This document shows positions 54,474-62,981 of a stretch of DNA of 64,000 bases, one piece after another. The stretch comes from a virus. A program made the position numbers and the translations under genes. The notes beneath the pieces were generated by a model that saw nothing but the letters and a program-made list of their open reading frames with translations, did no database searches and was not told the DNA's origin. The stretch lies in the IMG/VR virus record IMGVR_UViG_3300037464_000007, positions 5,165 through 69,164 of that record. One strand, given 5' to 3'. Positions within the stretch are counted from its first letter, which is position 1. Each line of letters begins with the position of its first letter.

Positions 54474-55316
54474 ATGAGAAAGATTATTTTTATGGGACAG
54501 CAAGAAACTATTAACTTTACTAAATCCACTAAGAAAAGAGATATAAAAAATGGTATCGCTAATCTAGCAGCTACAGCTTATTTAGGTCAGCAAACTATTC
54601 GCTCAGGTGTTCCGAGATTACTAGGTGTTAGGTTAGAGTCACATAGTACAAGTAAAAAAAATGCTAAAGAAATTCTTAAAAACGGTGGTATTTTAGACCC
54701 AAATTATGGAGGTACAGGAGCAAGTAAAGCTCTAAATGATAAACATTACATTAATCAATCTAAAAACTATGTACATCTTACAGGGAGACATAAAGATGAT
54801 ATTGGAAAAACTACTCTACTAAAAGACCTTATTCATAGAAAACGTCAGAGAGCTATGTATCGAGGGCTTCCAGGTGAAGATATAAACACTAAAGATGTTG
54901 GTAAAATTGCACGTAATCTATTAAAAGGGTTAACGGGAGTTAAAGGTAAGACTTTGTATCTTGGGGGAAGTGATAATTATTTTAATAAGAATTTTATTTC
55001 TGACCCTAGTGATATAGCTCTTAAAACATCTAATAAAGTTCGTGTACATGGAAATAGAACAACTGCAACTCTAGAGGCTTTAAAAAGAGAAGGTAATGGG
55101 GATAGGTTAAAAGGTATATCTAAATTAGTAAAAGCTAACCCAAAAAGAGCTTTAGCAGGAGTGGCTATTCTTACTGTTGGCACCGGACTAACCTCTATAA
55201 GTGCAAAAGATACTTACAACAGTTTTAACGGCAAAGTCAAAGGACATACTAGAAAGAATAAATCTGGTAAATGGTCAAATGTTAAATCATTTATAAGAGA
55301 TAAAATAAAGAAATGA
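54474..55316 (+). CDS. putative virion protein carrying a KptA/Tpt1-like ADP-ribosyltransferase-fold domain (start moved to MRKIIF)
   Basis: SHSTSKKNAKEILKNGGILDP..YVHLT resembles KptA HGT..ILK.GL.P..YVHLS; flanked by hydrophobic helices. Confidence 0.55.
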   Translation: MRKIIFMGQQETINFTKSTKKRDIKNGIANLAATAYLGQQTIRSGVPRLLGVRLESHSTSKKNAKEILKNGGILDPNYGGTGASKALNDKHYINQSKNYVHLTGRHKDDIGKTTLLKDLIHRKRQRAMYRGLPGEDINTKDVGKIARNLLKGLTGVKGKTLYLGGSDNYFNKNFISDPSDIALKTSNKVRVHGNRTTATLEALKREGNGDRLKGISKLVKANPKRALAGVAILTVGTGLTSISAKDTYNSFNGKVKGHTRKNKSGKWSNVKSFIRDKIKK

Positions 55317-55822
55317 GAGAAATAATATTTGTTAATTCTACTAATATTAACTTTGGTAGAGGTAAGGACAAGACTAAAAGAAAAAGTAGAATTGGTTTAG
55401 CTTCTTCTATTGCTACTGGAGCAACTATAGGAGCTAGTAAATATGGAGCTTTAGGTGCTTTATCTGGAGCAGGTAATCTTGCTGGTATTGGAATAGGAAT
55501 AGACAAAGATATTGATAAAGAAAAGACTAGATTTAAAAAGTCTGGTTCAAGGTCTAGATTAGGTAAAGTTGCTAACGATGCAAAAAGTGGAGCTAGAAAT
55601 GTAGGTGGAGCAACAGCTAGTCTAGGACTTATAAATACAGTTCTAAAAACTAAAGGTAAGCTCAAAGACCGAGCTATTAAAGGAATTGGTAAAGGCTTAG
55701 TTTGGGGAGCTAAAGGTGCATTAGCAGGTGGATTAGCTGGTTCTAGTGTAGGTACTACAAGAGGTTTAGTTCAACCTAATAAAAAGAAAAGTCTATTACA
55801 GAGGCTAAAAGATAAGAAATGA
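55313..55822 (+). CDS. basic Gly-zipper putative virion protein
   Basis: MREIIFVNSTNINFGRGKDKTKRKSR; RSRLGKVANDAK; KKKSLLQRLK. Confidence 0.75.
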   Translation: MREIIFVNSTNINFGRGKDKTKRKSRIGLASSIATGATIGASKYGALGALSGAGNLAGIGIGIDKDIDKEKTRFKKSGSRSRLGKVANDAKSGARNVGGATASLGLINTVLKTKGKLKDRAIKGIGKGLVWGAKGALAGGLAGSSVGTTRGLVQPNKKKSLLQRLKDKK

Positions 55823-56310
55823 GAAAGATAAATTTTATAGGCTCTACTAGCTCAAATTATCTATTTGGTAAACCTAAAAAACCTTCTCGATTAAAAAGTG
55901 CAGGTATTGGAGCTGGAGTTGGTGTAGCTGCTGGTTATAATGCAGGTGGAATTCCCGGTGCAGTAATGGGGGGACTTAGAGGTGCTACTGATAGTTTTGT
56001 TAGAAAGAACGGTTACAACTCTCTACTTACAAGAGCTAAAAGATATGCTCCTACTTCTTTTGCAGGTAAAGTGACTAATGATGCTAAAACTATTGGAACT
56101 CTTTCTGCTGCTGGAGGTGGATTAACTGGAGCTGTTAGAGGAGGACTCAAAGGATTAAAAGGTGGTTGGAAAGGTGCTTTAGGAGGAGCAGTTGGTCAAG
56201 GAGCTAGAAGTGCATTCGGAGCTACTAAAAAAGGAGCTGCTGTAGGTGCAGGAATTGGTGGACTGAGAGGATTGAAGAGAAAGAAAAACTACTTACTACC
56301 TACTTCTTAA
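55819..56310 (+). CDS. basic Gly-zipper putative virion protein
   Basis: MRKINFIGS..YLFGKPKK; FAGKVTNDAK; GxxxG arrays. Confidence 0.75.
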   Translation: MRKINFIGSTSSNYLFGKPKKPSRLKSAGIGAGVGVAAGYNAGGIPGAVMGGLRGATDSFVRKNGYNSLLTRAKRYAPTSFAGKVTNDAKTIGTLSAAGGGLTGAVRGGLKGLKGGWKGALGGAVGQGARSAFGATKKGAAVGAGIGGLRGLKRKKNYLLPTS

Positions 56311-56312
56311 CT

Positions 56313-56648
56313 ATGCCTAAGAGTAAATGTAAGTTTCGTTCTAAGTTTAATACTTGGAAAAGAAGTAGAGAAGCTTGGGAGATTAGTAGAAGTCTTATTA
56401 GAAAGTCATTGTATCTATGTCCAATATGTAGATTACCTTTATCACTAGGAGAAGGACATCTATTTCACATCATCCCTATAAAACTACTTAAGGTACATAA
56501 CTCTATTACTTTAGTTACTAATGACCTTAACCTCCTTTACTCGTGTAAGTCATGCAACTTAAAGCAAGGTACTAACATCTATCAGCCTTGTTTAGAAAAT
56601 AAATTATTAACATTATGGAACAATATAACCAATGAGAAATGCACTTAA
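56313..56648 (+). CDS. HNH endonuclease
   Basis: CPIC..HIIP..NLLYSCKSCN. Confidence 0.75.
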   Translation: MPKSKCKFRSKFNTWKRSREAWEISRSLIRKSLYLCPICRLPLSLGEGHLFHIIPIKLLKVHNSITLVTNDLNLLYSCKSCNLKQGTNIYQPCLENKLLTLWNNITNEKCT

Positions 56649-57141
56649 AGTAGATAAGGTACTTAACTGGCAGTCAGACACAAGCACAGGTACTCAGAAC
56701 AATAACTGTAGATTACAGATTTATTCCCCTTTATATGACTTTGATGAGACAAGTAAAGCCATTAAGGTTAAACGTAGGTATCTTAATCCTCAAGAATATG
56801 AAGTGGTTATATGCAGCGATTTTGATGACCATGTAGCGGGGTCAATTACAACGGAGATATATAGTTTAGCTAGTAAAGTAATTAAAGAACATCTATTACT
56901 TATTCCTCATACTATATGGATTAATAGATACGAAGAACATCATGAAGGACTCTTCCACTTCCAATATTCAATCTCATTAGTAGATATAGACAATAACTAT
57001 ACAAGTAATAACAGTTTCACTTATTATCCTATCTGGCAAGATGAGCTAGATTTTATCTTAACTGGTGAGCCTATCTATTTTAAACAGTTAATGTCTGCTG
57101 GTTGGGAGAAGTTATATAACAGGTGGAGAACAGGAGTCTAA
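56632..57141 (+). CDS. hypothetical protein
   Basis: 169 aa coupled ORF. Confidence 0.65.
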   Translation: MRNALKVDKVLNWQSDTSTGTQNNNCRLQIYSPLYDFDETSKAIKVKRRYLNPQEYEVVICSDFDDHVAGSITTEIYSLASKVIKEHLLLIPHTIWINRYEEHHEGLFHFQYSISLVDIDNNYTSNNSFTYYPIWQDELDFILTGEPIYFKQLMSAGWEKLYNRWRTGV

Positions 57142-57249
57142 GTAGAGGAACTAATAATTAACTTCCTTCATCATTCCCAAACTGAATAATTTCTTTATAA
57201 GTTTCACAACTCAATTAGTATAAAAGTAAAGTCGAAAAATAAAACAATC

Positions 57250-58080
57250 ATGGCAGATAATAAAAGTCCATTACAAGCAGCTAACTTACTAAATTTTTTT
57301 AAAGGTGAATTAGTAAAAGCTCCTCTCAATAACAATCTTTTTATTGGTTTATCTACTACACTTCCAACTATTGATGGGAGTAATTTTACCGAACCTGCCT
57401 CGTCAACTGGTTATACAAAAGTTCCATATCCTACTGGTGTTAGTTATTGGACTGAACCAGTTAATAGAGTTTGTACTAATCAACAACCTGTATTCTTTCC
57501 AGATTCTATTACTCAGTTTCCAACAGTAGTTGCTATTGGTATTTTTGATGAAACTTCTGATACGGTACCTATCTACTTTGGTCATATTGATTTAGGTAAA
57601 AGTCTTAATATTGGAGATGGTCACTATTTCCCTCCTGGTAAAATCATTATTCAAGAAGTTAAACCTACTTTTACTAAGAGTGATTATTTAGCCAACGCTC
57701 AACTGAAGCTGCTGAGGAACGAAACTTTTGAAACTCCTAGTGAGATTTATCTAGCTCTAGGTACTATGGCTCCTACTATGACAGGAGATATTGGTGAACT
57801 AACTGTTTCTAAATCACCTGGTTATACTCGAATTCCGATTCCTTGTAATTCTGCTAATTGGCAAGTAACAGGTCGCAATGTAAAGAACTTAATGCAATTA
57901 GTATTTCCTGCTGCTCAAAATGCAGATTGGGAAAGTATCAAATCTTTTGCATTACATAGAACTGCTACTGGGAATACTACTTTATTGTATTGTGGTGTTT
58001 TTGGAGATAACGAAACTAAAGTAATTAACTCTTTGGATATTTTAAGAATTCCAGTTGGAGCTATCTCTGTTTGGGAGTAA
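57250..58080 (+). CDS. tail-associated protein with duplicated domain
   Basis: Two copies of ANLL..F/IGL.T..P...E...GYT+VP..W..V.N...FP..W.....F......G...YFG.....K......L.FP.G. Confidence 0.7.
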   Translation: MADNKSPLQAANLLNFFKGELVKAPLNNNLFIGLSTTLPTIDGSNFTEPASSTGYTKVPYPTGVSYWTEPVNRVCTNQQPVFFPDSITQFPTVVAIGIFDETSDTVPIYFGHIDLGKSLNIGDGHYFPPGKIIIQEVKPTFTKSDYLANAQLKLLRNETFETPSEIYLALGTMAPTMTGDIGELTVSKSPGYTRIPIPCNSANWQVTGRNVKNLMQLVFPAAQNADWESIKSFALHRTATGNTTLLYCGVFGDNETKVINSLDILRIPVGAISVWE

Positions 58081-58084
58081 GTAG

Positions 58085-58990
58085 ATGACTAAATATGCAC
58101 TTCAAGCCACTATCACTACTGATAACTCTTCAGCAACTATAGATAAAGTTTCTTATGTTAGGTCGTTAGAAGCAACTATAGAAACTGATAAAAGTAACAT
58201 GACTATTGATAAGGTTAGTTACATTAGAGGTTTAACTGCTAATATCTTTACGGATAAGAGTAAAGCAATTGCTGGAATGACAAGATGGGTAAGTAATATA
58301 ACTAATATCTTCACTGATAAGAGTAAAGCAACTATTGATGGTAAAAGAGGTGTTGCAACTTCTGCTACTATTAACGTTCAACCAGCTAGAACTAATATTT
58401 TTTTGACAGCTTGGAGAGCAACTAAAGGAGTTCTATCATCGGATTCTAGTTCTATTACTATCTCTCCTAAAATCACAAGAGCATTAACAGCTACTCTAGA
58501 AACAGATAAATCTAGTTTTACTATTAGTAAAGTAGAAAGAGACATATTAACTGAAGCTCCTACTGGTCAGACTTATGTAATTATCAAAGGAGTAGATGTT
58601 ACCCTCAATGGATATAATTTAACTCGCAACTCAGTTCATGCTATCAACATTCTTATTTATGGGGATAGATTGACTAAAGAAGGTACAGATATAGAGTTTA
58701 TAGTTAAGAGAAATATTTCTGACCCTGATAACACAGCAGTTATATACTCATCTACTAATAAAGGTGGAATTAAGTTTATTCAGGTTAAGACACTTCCTGA
58801 TTCAACTATTAGAGAGTATAAAGCTCAAATTCAGTTAAAAGAATCTGACTTCTACTTAATCACTAATCAAAGACCTACTAAACTGTATTATGAAGTGCGA
58901 GTAATAGATAGCTTAGACGGTAGATATCCTCCTGTTGAGGCTGGGAGTTTTAATCTTATGACTACTTTAGTTGATAGTAAATGGGGTTAA
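58085..58990 (+). CDS. tail/virion protein with about 17-aa repeats and a C-terminal BppU-like domain
   Basis: Repeated ATI.TDKS..TI.KVSY.R; C-terminal LYYEVRV..EAGSFNL. Confidence 0.6.
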   Translation: MTKYALQATITTDNSSATIDKVSYVRSLEATIETDKSNMTIDKVSYIRGLTANIFTDKSKAIAGMTRWVSNITNIFTDKSKATIDGKRGVATSATINVQPARTNIFLTAWRATKGVLSSDSSSITISPKITRALTATLETDKSSFTISKVERDILTEAPTGQTYVIIKGVDVTLNGYNLTRNSVHAINILIYGDRLTKEGTDIEFIVKRNISDPDNTAVIYSSTNKGGIKFIQVKTLPDSTIREYKAQIQLKESDFYLITNQRPTKLYYEVRVIDSLDGRYPPVEAGSFNLMTTLVDSKWG

Positions 58991-58991
58991 T

Positions 58992-59576
58992 ATGGTAACT
59001 TTATCAGCAGATTTTAGTGGATTAGAAGGATTGAGCAAAAAGTTTGAGAATGCTTTGAAGAGGAAAAAGGATATTACTCAATTAGAAGCAGGTATTAAAG
59101 AAGTTTTAGTAGAAGATGTTAAGTTGAGATTTGCTACTGCTCCTTTAACTAATAGAGGTGGACTAGCTCACGGTAATGTCTACTGGTCTGCTATGACTCC
59201 TAATTGGTTGGCTACTCATCCGGAAAGAATGGGTAAACCTCTACTAAAAGATACTGGTAAGTTACTCAACTCTTTGATGATGGGTAATGACGATTCTGTC
59301 TTTTCTATTACTCGTGAAGGTTTTCAGTTTGGTACTAAAGTAGGTTATGCCAAAGACCATCAACCTCCTGAAATAGGGAATACAATACCTCTTAATCTAC
59401 TTCAAGATGAGAGAATGACAGATGTGTTTAGAAGTAAAGGTAAATTGGCTCCTAGACCTTTCTTATTTATCCATGAAGCATTAGAGAAAAAAATAGTAGA
59501 TGTAATTAATGAGTTTGTCTTAACTGGGGAAACTAGAATAAGAACTAAATCTAATGTTAAGGAGTTGAAGGAGTAA
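58992..59576 (+). CDS. virion morphogenesis / tail completion protein (Mu gpG-like; start moved to MVTLSAD)
   Basis: W..M..NWL..HPERMGKPLLKDTGKLLNSL..FGTKVGYAKDHQ..LAPRPFL. Confidence 0.75.
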   Translation: MVTLSADFSGLEGLSKKFENALKRKKDITQLEAGIKEVLVEDVKLRFATAPLTNRGGLAHGNVYWSAMTPNWLATHPERMGKPLLKDTGKLLNSLMMGNDDSVFSITREGFQFGTKVGYAKDHQPPEIGNTIPLNLLQDERMTDVFRSKGKLAPRPFLFIHEALEKKIVDVINEFVLTGETRIRTKSNVKELKE

Positions 59577-60121
59577 TGTACAACAATTTACCTCCTAGAG
59601 CATTAGAGAATTTACAGAACAAGATTAACTTAGGTTCTACTCAAAAGTTTTCAGCTAACTTAGAAATTAAACCTTATAGAGATGAAGCAGTTTCGTATTT
59701 AGCAGAGTATCTATTTGAATACATAAATAAAGAATATTCAAGTTATTTAGATGCTCATCCTCAGTTAAGACAAACTATGGGAAGTGTAGCTATTAGACAT
59801 TACGCTATCTATGACACTTACAATGCTCCTAATACTACTTTTCCATTACTAAAGGTTTATAGAACTACTGATAGTTGGAAACAAGGTAAATGTCTTAGAA
59901 ACTCTAATATTTCTATTCAATATGCTTTAGTAGTTCCTGACCAAGAAAAGTTGATGCCTTTACTTAATTGGGTCAGCTTTCAATTACAGAAGCATCTATT
60001 AAGTCCTAGCTGTAAAGTAAAAATAGATTCAGGATTAAGTGTTCAGTATAGAGCTGGAATGAATGAAAACGGACAAAACATTTACTCTTTTATAAGAGCA
60101 GATATAACAATCACAGATTAA
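59576..60121 (+). CDS. probable tail terminator
   Basis: Position between gpG-like and tail tube genes; FPLLKVYR. Confidence 0.5.
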   Translation: MYNNLPPRALENLQNKINLGSTQKFSANLEIKPYRDEAVSYLAEYLFEYINKEYSSYLDAHPQLRQTMGSVAIRHYAIYDTYNAPNTTFPLLKVYRTTDSWKQGKCLRNSNISIQYALVVPDQEKLMPLLNWVSFQLQKHLLSPSCKVKIDSGLSVQYRAGMNENGQNIYSFIRADITITD

Positions 60122-60125
60122 TAAT

Positions 60126-60485
60126 ATGGCAATAAATCTAACTTTTCCAAGACCGAAATTAGTAACTACACTAGATGAGACTGTTCCAGTTACAGCAACT
60201 CTAGTAGAAGATACTACTAATAAAAATTATGTAGTTGACCTTAAATATACGGTTACTAAAGACGATGCGAGTACAGCTACTAAAGTATTGAAGCGAGTCA
60301 AAATCATTCCGGTAATTGCTGGGACAACAGTTCGACTAGATTTACAAGAATTAACTTTTGCTGGTACTGCTCCAGATAATCCTACAGATGCTCAAGCTAG
60401 TGTCACAGGAGAAGTAGTTCGTGGAGTAACTATGGATTTAGATACTTTTCTAACTGCTGTTGGCGATGCTAGAAAAAATGCTTAA
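60126..60485 (+). CDS. hypothetical virion protein
   Basis: 119 aa Thr/Val-rich ORF in the tail module. Confidence 0.6.
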   Translation: MAINLTFPRPKLVTTLDETVPVTATLVEDTTNKNYVVDLKYTVTKDDASTATKVLKRVKIIPVIAGTTVRLDLQELTFAGTAPDNPTDAQASVTGEVVRGVTMDLDTFLTAVGDARKNA

Positions 60486-60511
60486 CAAATAAAGAAATAA
60501 AATAAAAATAT

Positions 60512-61273
60512 ATGACACAAGCAAAGAAAGAATCTACTATTGTTGCTATTACTGAAGTTAAATTGCAACGAGTATCTGACGGACTTATTTATCACTTACC
60601 TACTCCTGCCAATATGGTAGTAGATTTAGGTAAAGATGAACGAGTCATTATGGGTAAAGATAGACTGGGTAAAACAGTAAAAACATCTTCTTACGTTAGA
60701 GGAGAAAGCCCCACTGTAACTCTTTCTTATCAACACGTTCAACCAGAATTACTCCAATTTAGGATCGGAAATTATTTTGAAAACCAGACAAAAGAACTAT
60801 ATATCCCAATAAGTTTTAATTTGTCAGAAGGTGGTACATTTCCGGCTTCTCAAGCTCCTAATTTAGGTCACGCTATTATTGCTGGAGCAGATGCTATTGC
60901 TTCTATTAAAAAAGCTAACGGGATGTCTCAGGCTTTACAAGAAGGAGTAGACTTTACTATTGGTGCAGGTGGAGCTATTACCTTCTCTGCTGCTTTAGTA
61001 GCTGCTAAAGAAACAGTTTCAATGCTAATCCCTTATTCAGTTACAGGGGTAGGTATTGGAGCGCAACTGATTGGTCAGCATAGAATTGTAGCAAGTGCAG
61101 TAGATACTGAAGGATATGTCTGGATTTTCTATGCGCCTAATTCTAAACCTTCTACTGCTGGAGGTACTATTGATTTTTCTGCTGAAGGATTTGATTTAAC
61201 TCTTGAAATTTATCCTAGTGGGGGATGTCAATCCTATACTCTAATCAAAACTGGTGATAGAGTTTCTTGTTAA
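60512..61273 (+). CDS. major tail tube protein
   Basis: 253 aa beta-rich, followed by a terminator and then chaperone and tape measure genes. Confidence 0.6.
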   Translation: MTQAKKESTIVAITEVKLQRVSDGLIYHLPTPANMVVDLGKDERVIMGKDRLGKTVKTSSYVRGESPTVTLSYQHVQPELLQFRIGNYFENQTKELYIPISFNLSEGGTFPASQAPNLGHAIIAGADAIASIKKANGMSQALQEGVDFTIGAGGAITFSAALVAAKETVSMLIPYSVTGVGIGAQLIGQHRIVASAVDTEGYVWIFYAPNSKPSTAGGTIDFSAEGFDLTLEIYPSGGCQSYTLIKTGDRVSC

Positions 61274-61295
61274 AAAGCTAAGTAGTTGTAGGTGT

Positions 61296-61333
61296 TAGAG
61301 GTCATACCTAGTAGTAAGTAGACCTCTATTTTT
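61296..61333 (+). terminator. intrinsic terminator
   Basis: TAGAGGTC..GACCTCTA followed by TTTTT. Confidence 0.65.
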
Positions 61334-61364
61334 ATGCTTAATTACAAGATTCTAACCAAAAATC

Positions 61365-61553
61365 TCAATTACCTACGTTATTTAACGTGTCCTTAAAAAA
61401 GGCTCCATAAATAAGCTGTTTTCTATTTAATAACTTAACTTCTACCCACCAGATAGGCTTTTGTGTAAGAGAACATATTTTTTCTTCTATCATAGTTGCA
61501 TACTCAGTATCTAAATTTGCTATTAATACTTTATCTCCAATCTTAAAACTCAT
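61365..61553 (-). CDS. small hypothetical protein (SH3/KOW-like)
   Basis: FKIGDKVLI..YATMIE..WWVEV. Confidence 0.55.
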   Translation of the reverse strand: MSFKIGDKVLIANLDTEYATMIEEKICSLTQKPIWWVEVKLLNRKQLIYGAFFKDTLNNVGN

Positions 61554-61729
61554 AGTAGTTTATTTCTTTTCTGGTCTAATTTATCTTGAAGTTGTTTAAC
61601 ATCTTGATTAATACTTTCACTAACTTTATTGGTTCCGTTTCTTCTATCTTCTAGTATTTGTTCTTGAACTCTTTTGATATTCTCTTTATCTTCTGGAGTT
61701 AGTAAACCGTCTGGATTTTCTGGATGCAC
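61550..61729 (-). CDS. small coiled-coil protein (59 aa, not in ORF track)
   Basis: AGGAG RBS and GTG; VHPENPDGLLTPEDKENIKRVQEQ..KRNKLL*. Confidence 0.55.
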   Translation of the reverse strand: MHPENPDGLLTPEDKENIKRVQEQILEDRRNGTNKVSESINQDVKQLQDKLDQKRNKLL

Positions 61730-61741
61730 CTGATTAATCTC

Positions 61742-62158
61742 CTATAAACTATCTATTTTTGAAGTAGTAAGTCTAGAAACTATTCCGCAACTCCAACTAA
61801 AGAAAGCAAATTCTATTACTTGTTGTATATTTAAAGTTAAATTATTAACGTCAATGACTAATAGTAGATAAACTAAATATCCTGCCCAACATCCTTGACA
61901 GAAAGGACAAGCGATTAACTTCTTAAATACTAAATAGACTCCCTTCCAAAACGGATTTTGAGGATTATCTAACGTTACTACTATTAAACCGCTGTCAGTC
62001 TTTTTAGATTTTTTAGTAGATGCTTTCACTTTACTCATGAAATAATCTACTAAATTTATCCACCATTCTCGAAAGTAAAAAAAAGTCATAAATCTCAAAC
62101 TTATAGCATAGAGAAGTAATAATGCTATATTAGTAGACGAAGAATTAATCAACAACAT
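61742..62158 (-). CDS. membrane protein with CxxC (DUF1360-like)
   Basis: TM segments and KLIACPFCQGCWAG. Confidence 0.55.
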   Translation of the reverse strand: MLLINSSSTNIALLLLYAISLRFMTFFYFREWWINLVDYFMSKVKASTKKSKKTDSGLIVVTLDNPQNPFWKGVYLVFKKLIACPFCQGCWAGYLVYLLLVIDVNNLTLNIQQVIEFAFFSWSCGIVSRLTTSKIDSL

Positions 62159-62170
62159 ACTTAGACCTCA

Positions 62171-62665
62171 ATGAAAAACTTTAAAATTCAAATCAAAAGT
62201 TACGATCCAAACACAGACGAATATAAAGTAGACAAGACTTACATTGTACAGCGGTCTACTAGAAGTGATTTAGATACATTAGTTACTTTACAAAAAGAAG
62301 CCTTATATCATTTTTTAGAAGCAGATATTAAGATAGGTGAGATTGTTAGAAGTAATGATGCTTGGGAAACACTAAAAACTTTTGCTAGTAATCTTAGCAT
62401 TGTAGGTAAAAAAGAAAAAGGATTTGACTTAGAAGAATTAGCGGATGACATTGAGCAAATTAGTAGAATCTTTATTACTCAAAGTATTACTGACGAAGGA
62501 AATATTGAACGAGGTATTGATAATGAGATTCGCTGGAAACCTTCTTTAGTCTCTGAATTACATAAACTAAACTTTGAACTTTACTTTACTGAAGAAGTGG
62601 GGGAGTGGCAGAAGAGACACGAAGAAGTGATAGAAACTCAGGAGAAGGAAAAGACAAAAAGTTAA
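62171..62665 (+). CDS. tail assembly chaperone (gpG-type)
   Basis: Upstream of the tape measure; overlapping -1 ORF follows. Confidence 0.65.
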   Translation: MKNFKIQIKSYDPNTDEYKVDKTYIVQRSTRSDLDTLVTLQKEALYHFLEADIKIGEIVRSNDAWETLKTFASNLSIVGKKEKGFDLEELADDIEQISRIFITQSITDEGNIERGIDNEIRWKPSLVSELHKLNFELYFTEEVGEWQKRHEEVIETQEKEKTKS

Positions 62666-62970
62666 TAGCACCTTTTCCTAGTAGTGGAGATGCTTCAATA
62701 GATGATTTAGCTCTACTACTGGAAGTTTATAAAGAATATCCAATTAACCCAATAAAAGATATTTGGGAAAAATTAGATAAAGAATCTATTAATCTACTAA
62801 TTGGTCAGACTCTCGAACATCATAGACCACAAGAAGAAAGAGATAAAGAACTAGCGTTTCAAAAATACAACGAACTCAAAGAAGAGAAAGGACTTCAAGG
62901 AGGTATTGCTATTGGCGAACAAGTAGTTTTAGCTAGCAATCTTCTAAACTTTGAAATCACTCCGGGATAA
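62647..62970 (+). CDS. tail chaperone -1 frameshift extension (gpGT-type)
   Basis: The -1 frame is open across the upstream stop; slippery G_GAA_AAG at 62647-62653. Confidence 0.55.
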   Translation, partial: GKDKKLIAPFPSSGDASIDDLALLLEVYKEYPINPIKDIWEKLDKESINLLIGQTLEHHRPQEERDKELAFQKYNELKEEKGLQGGIAIGEQVVLASNLLNFEITPG

Positions 62971-62981
62971 ATAATAAATAA

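Noticed and set aside
58085-58560. Diversity-generating retroelement TR/VR pair
   Set aside because: The repeats are in-frame protein repeats, with no adenine-specific variation and no reverse transcriptase in the window.
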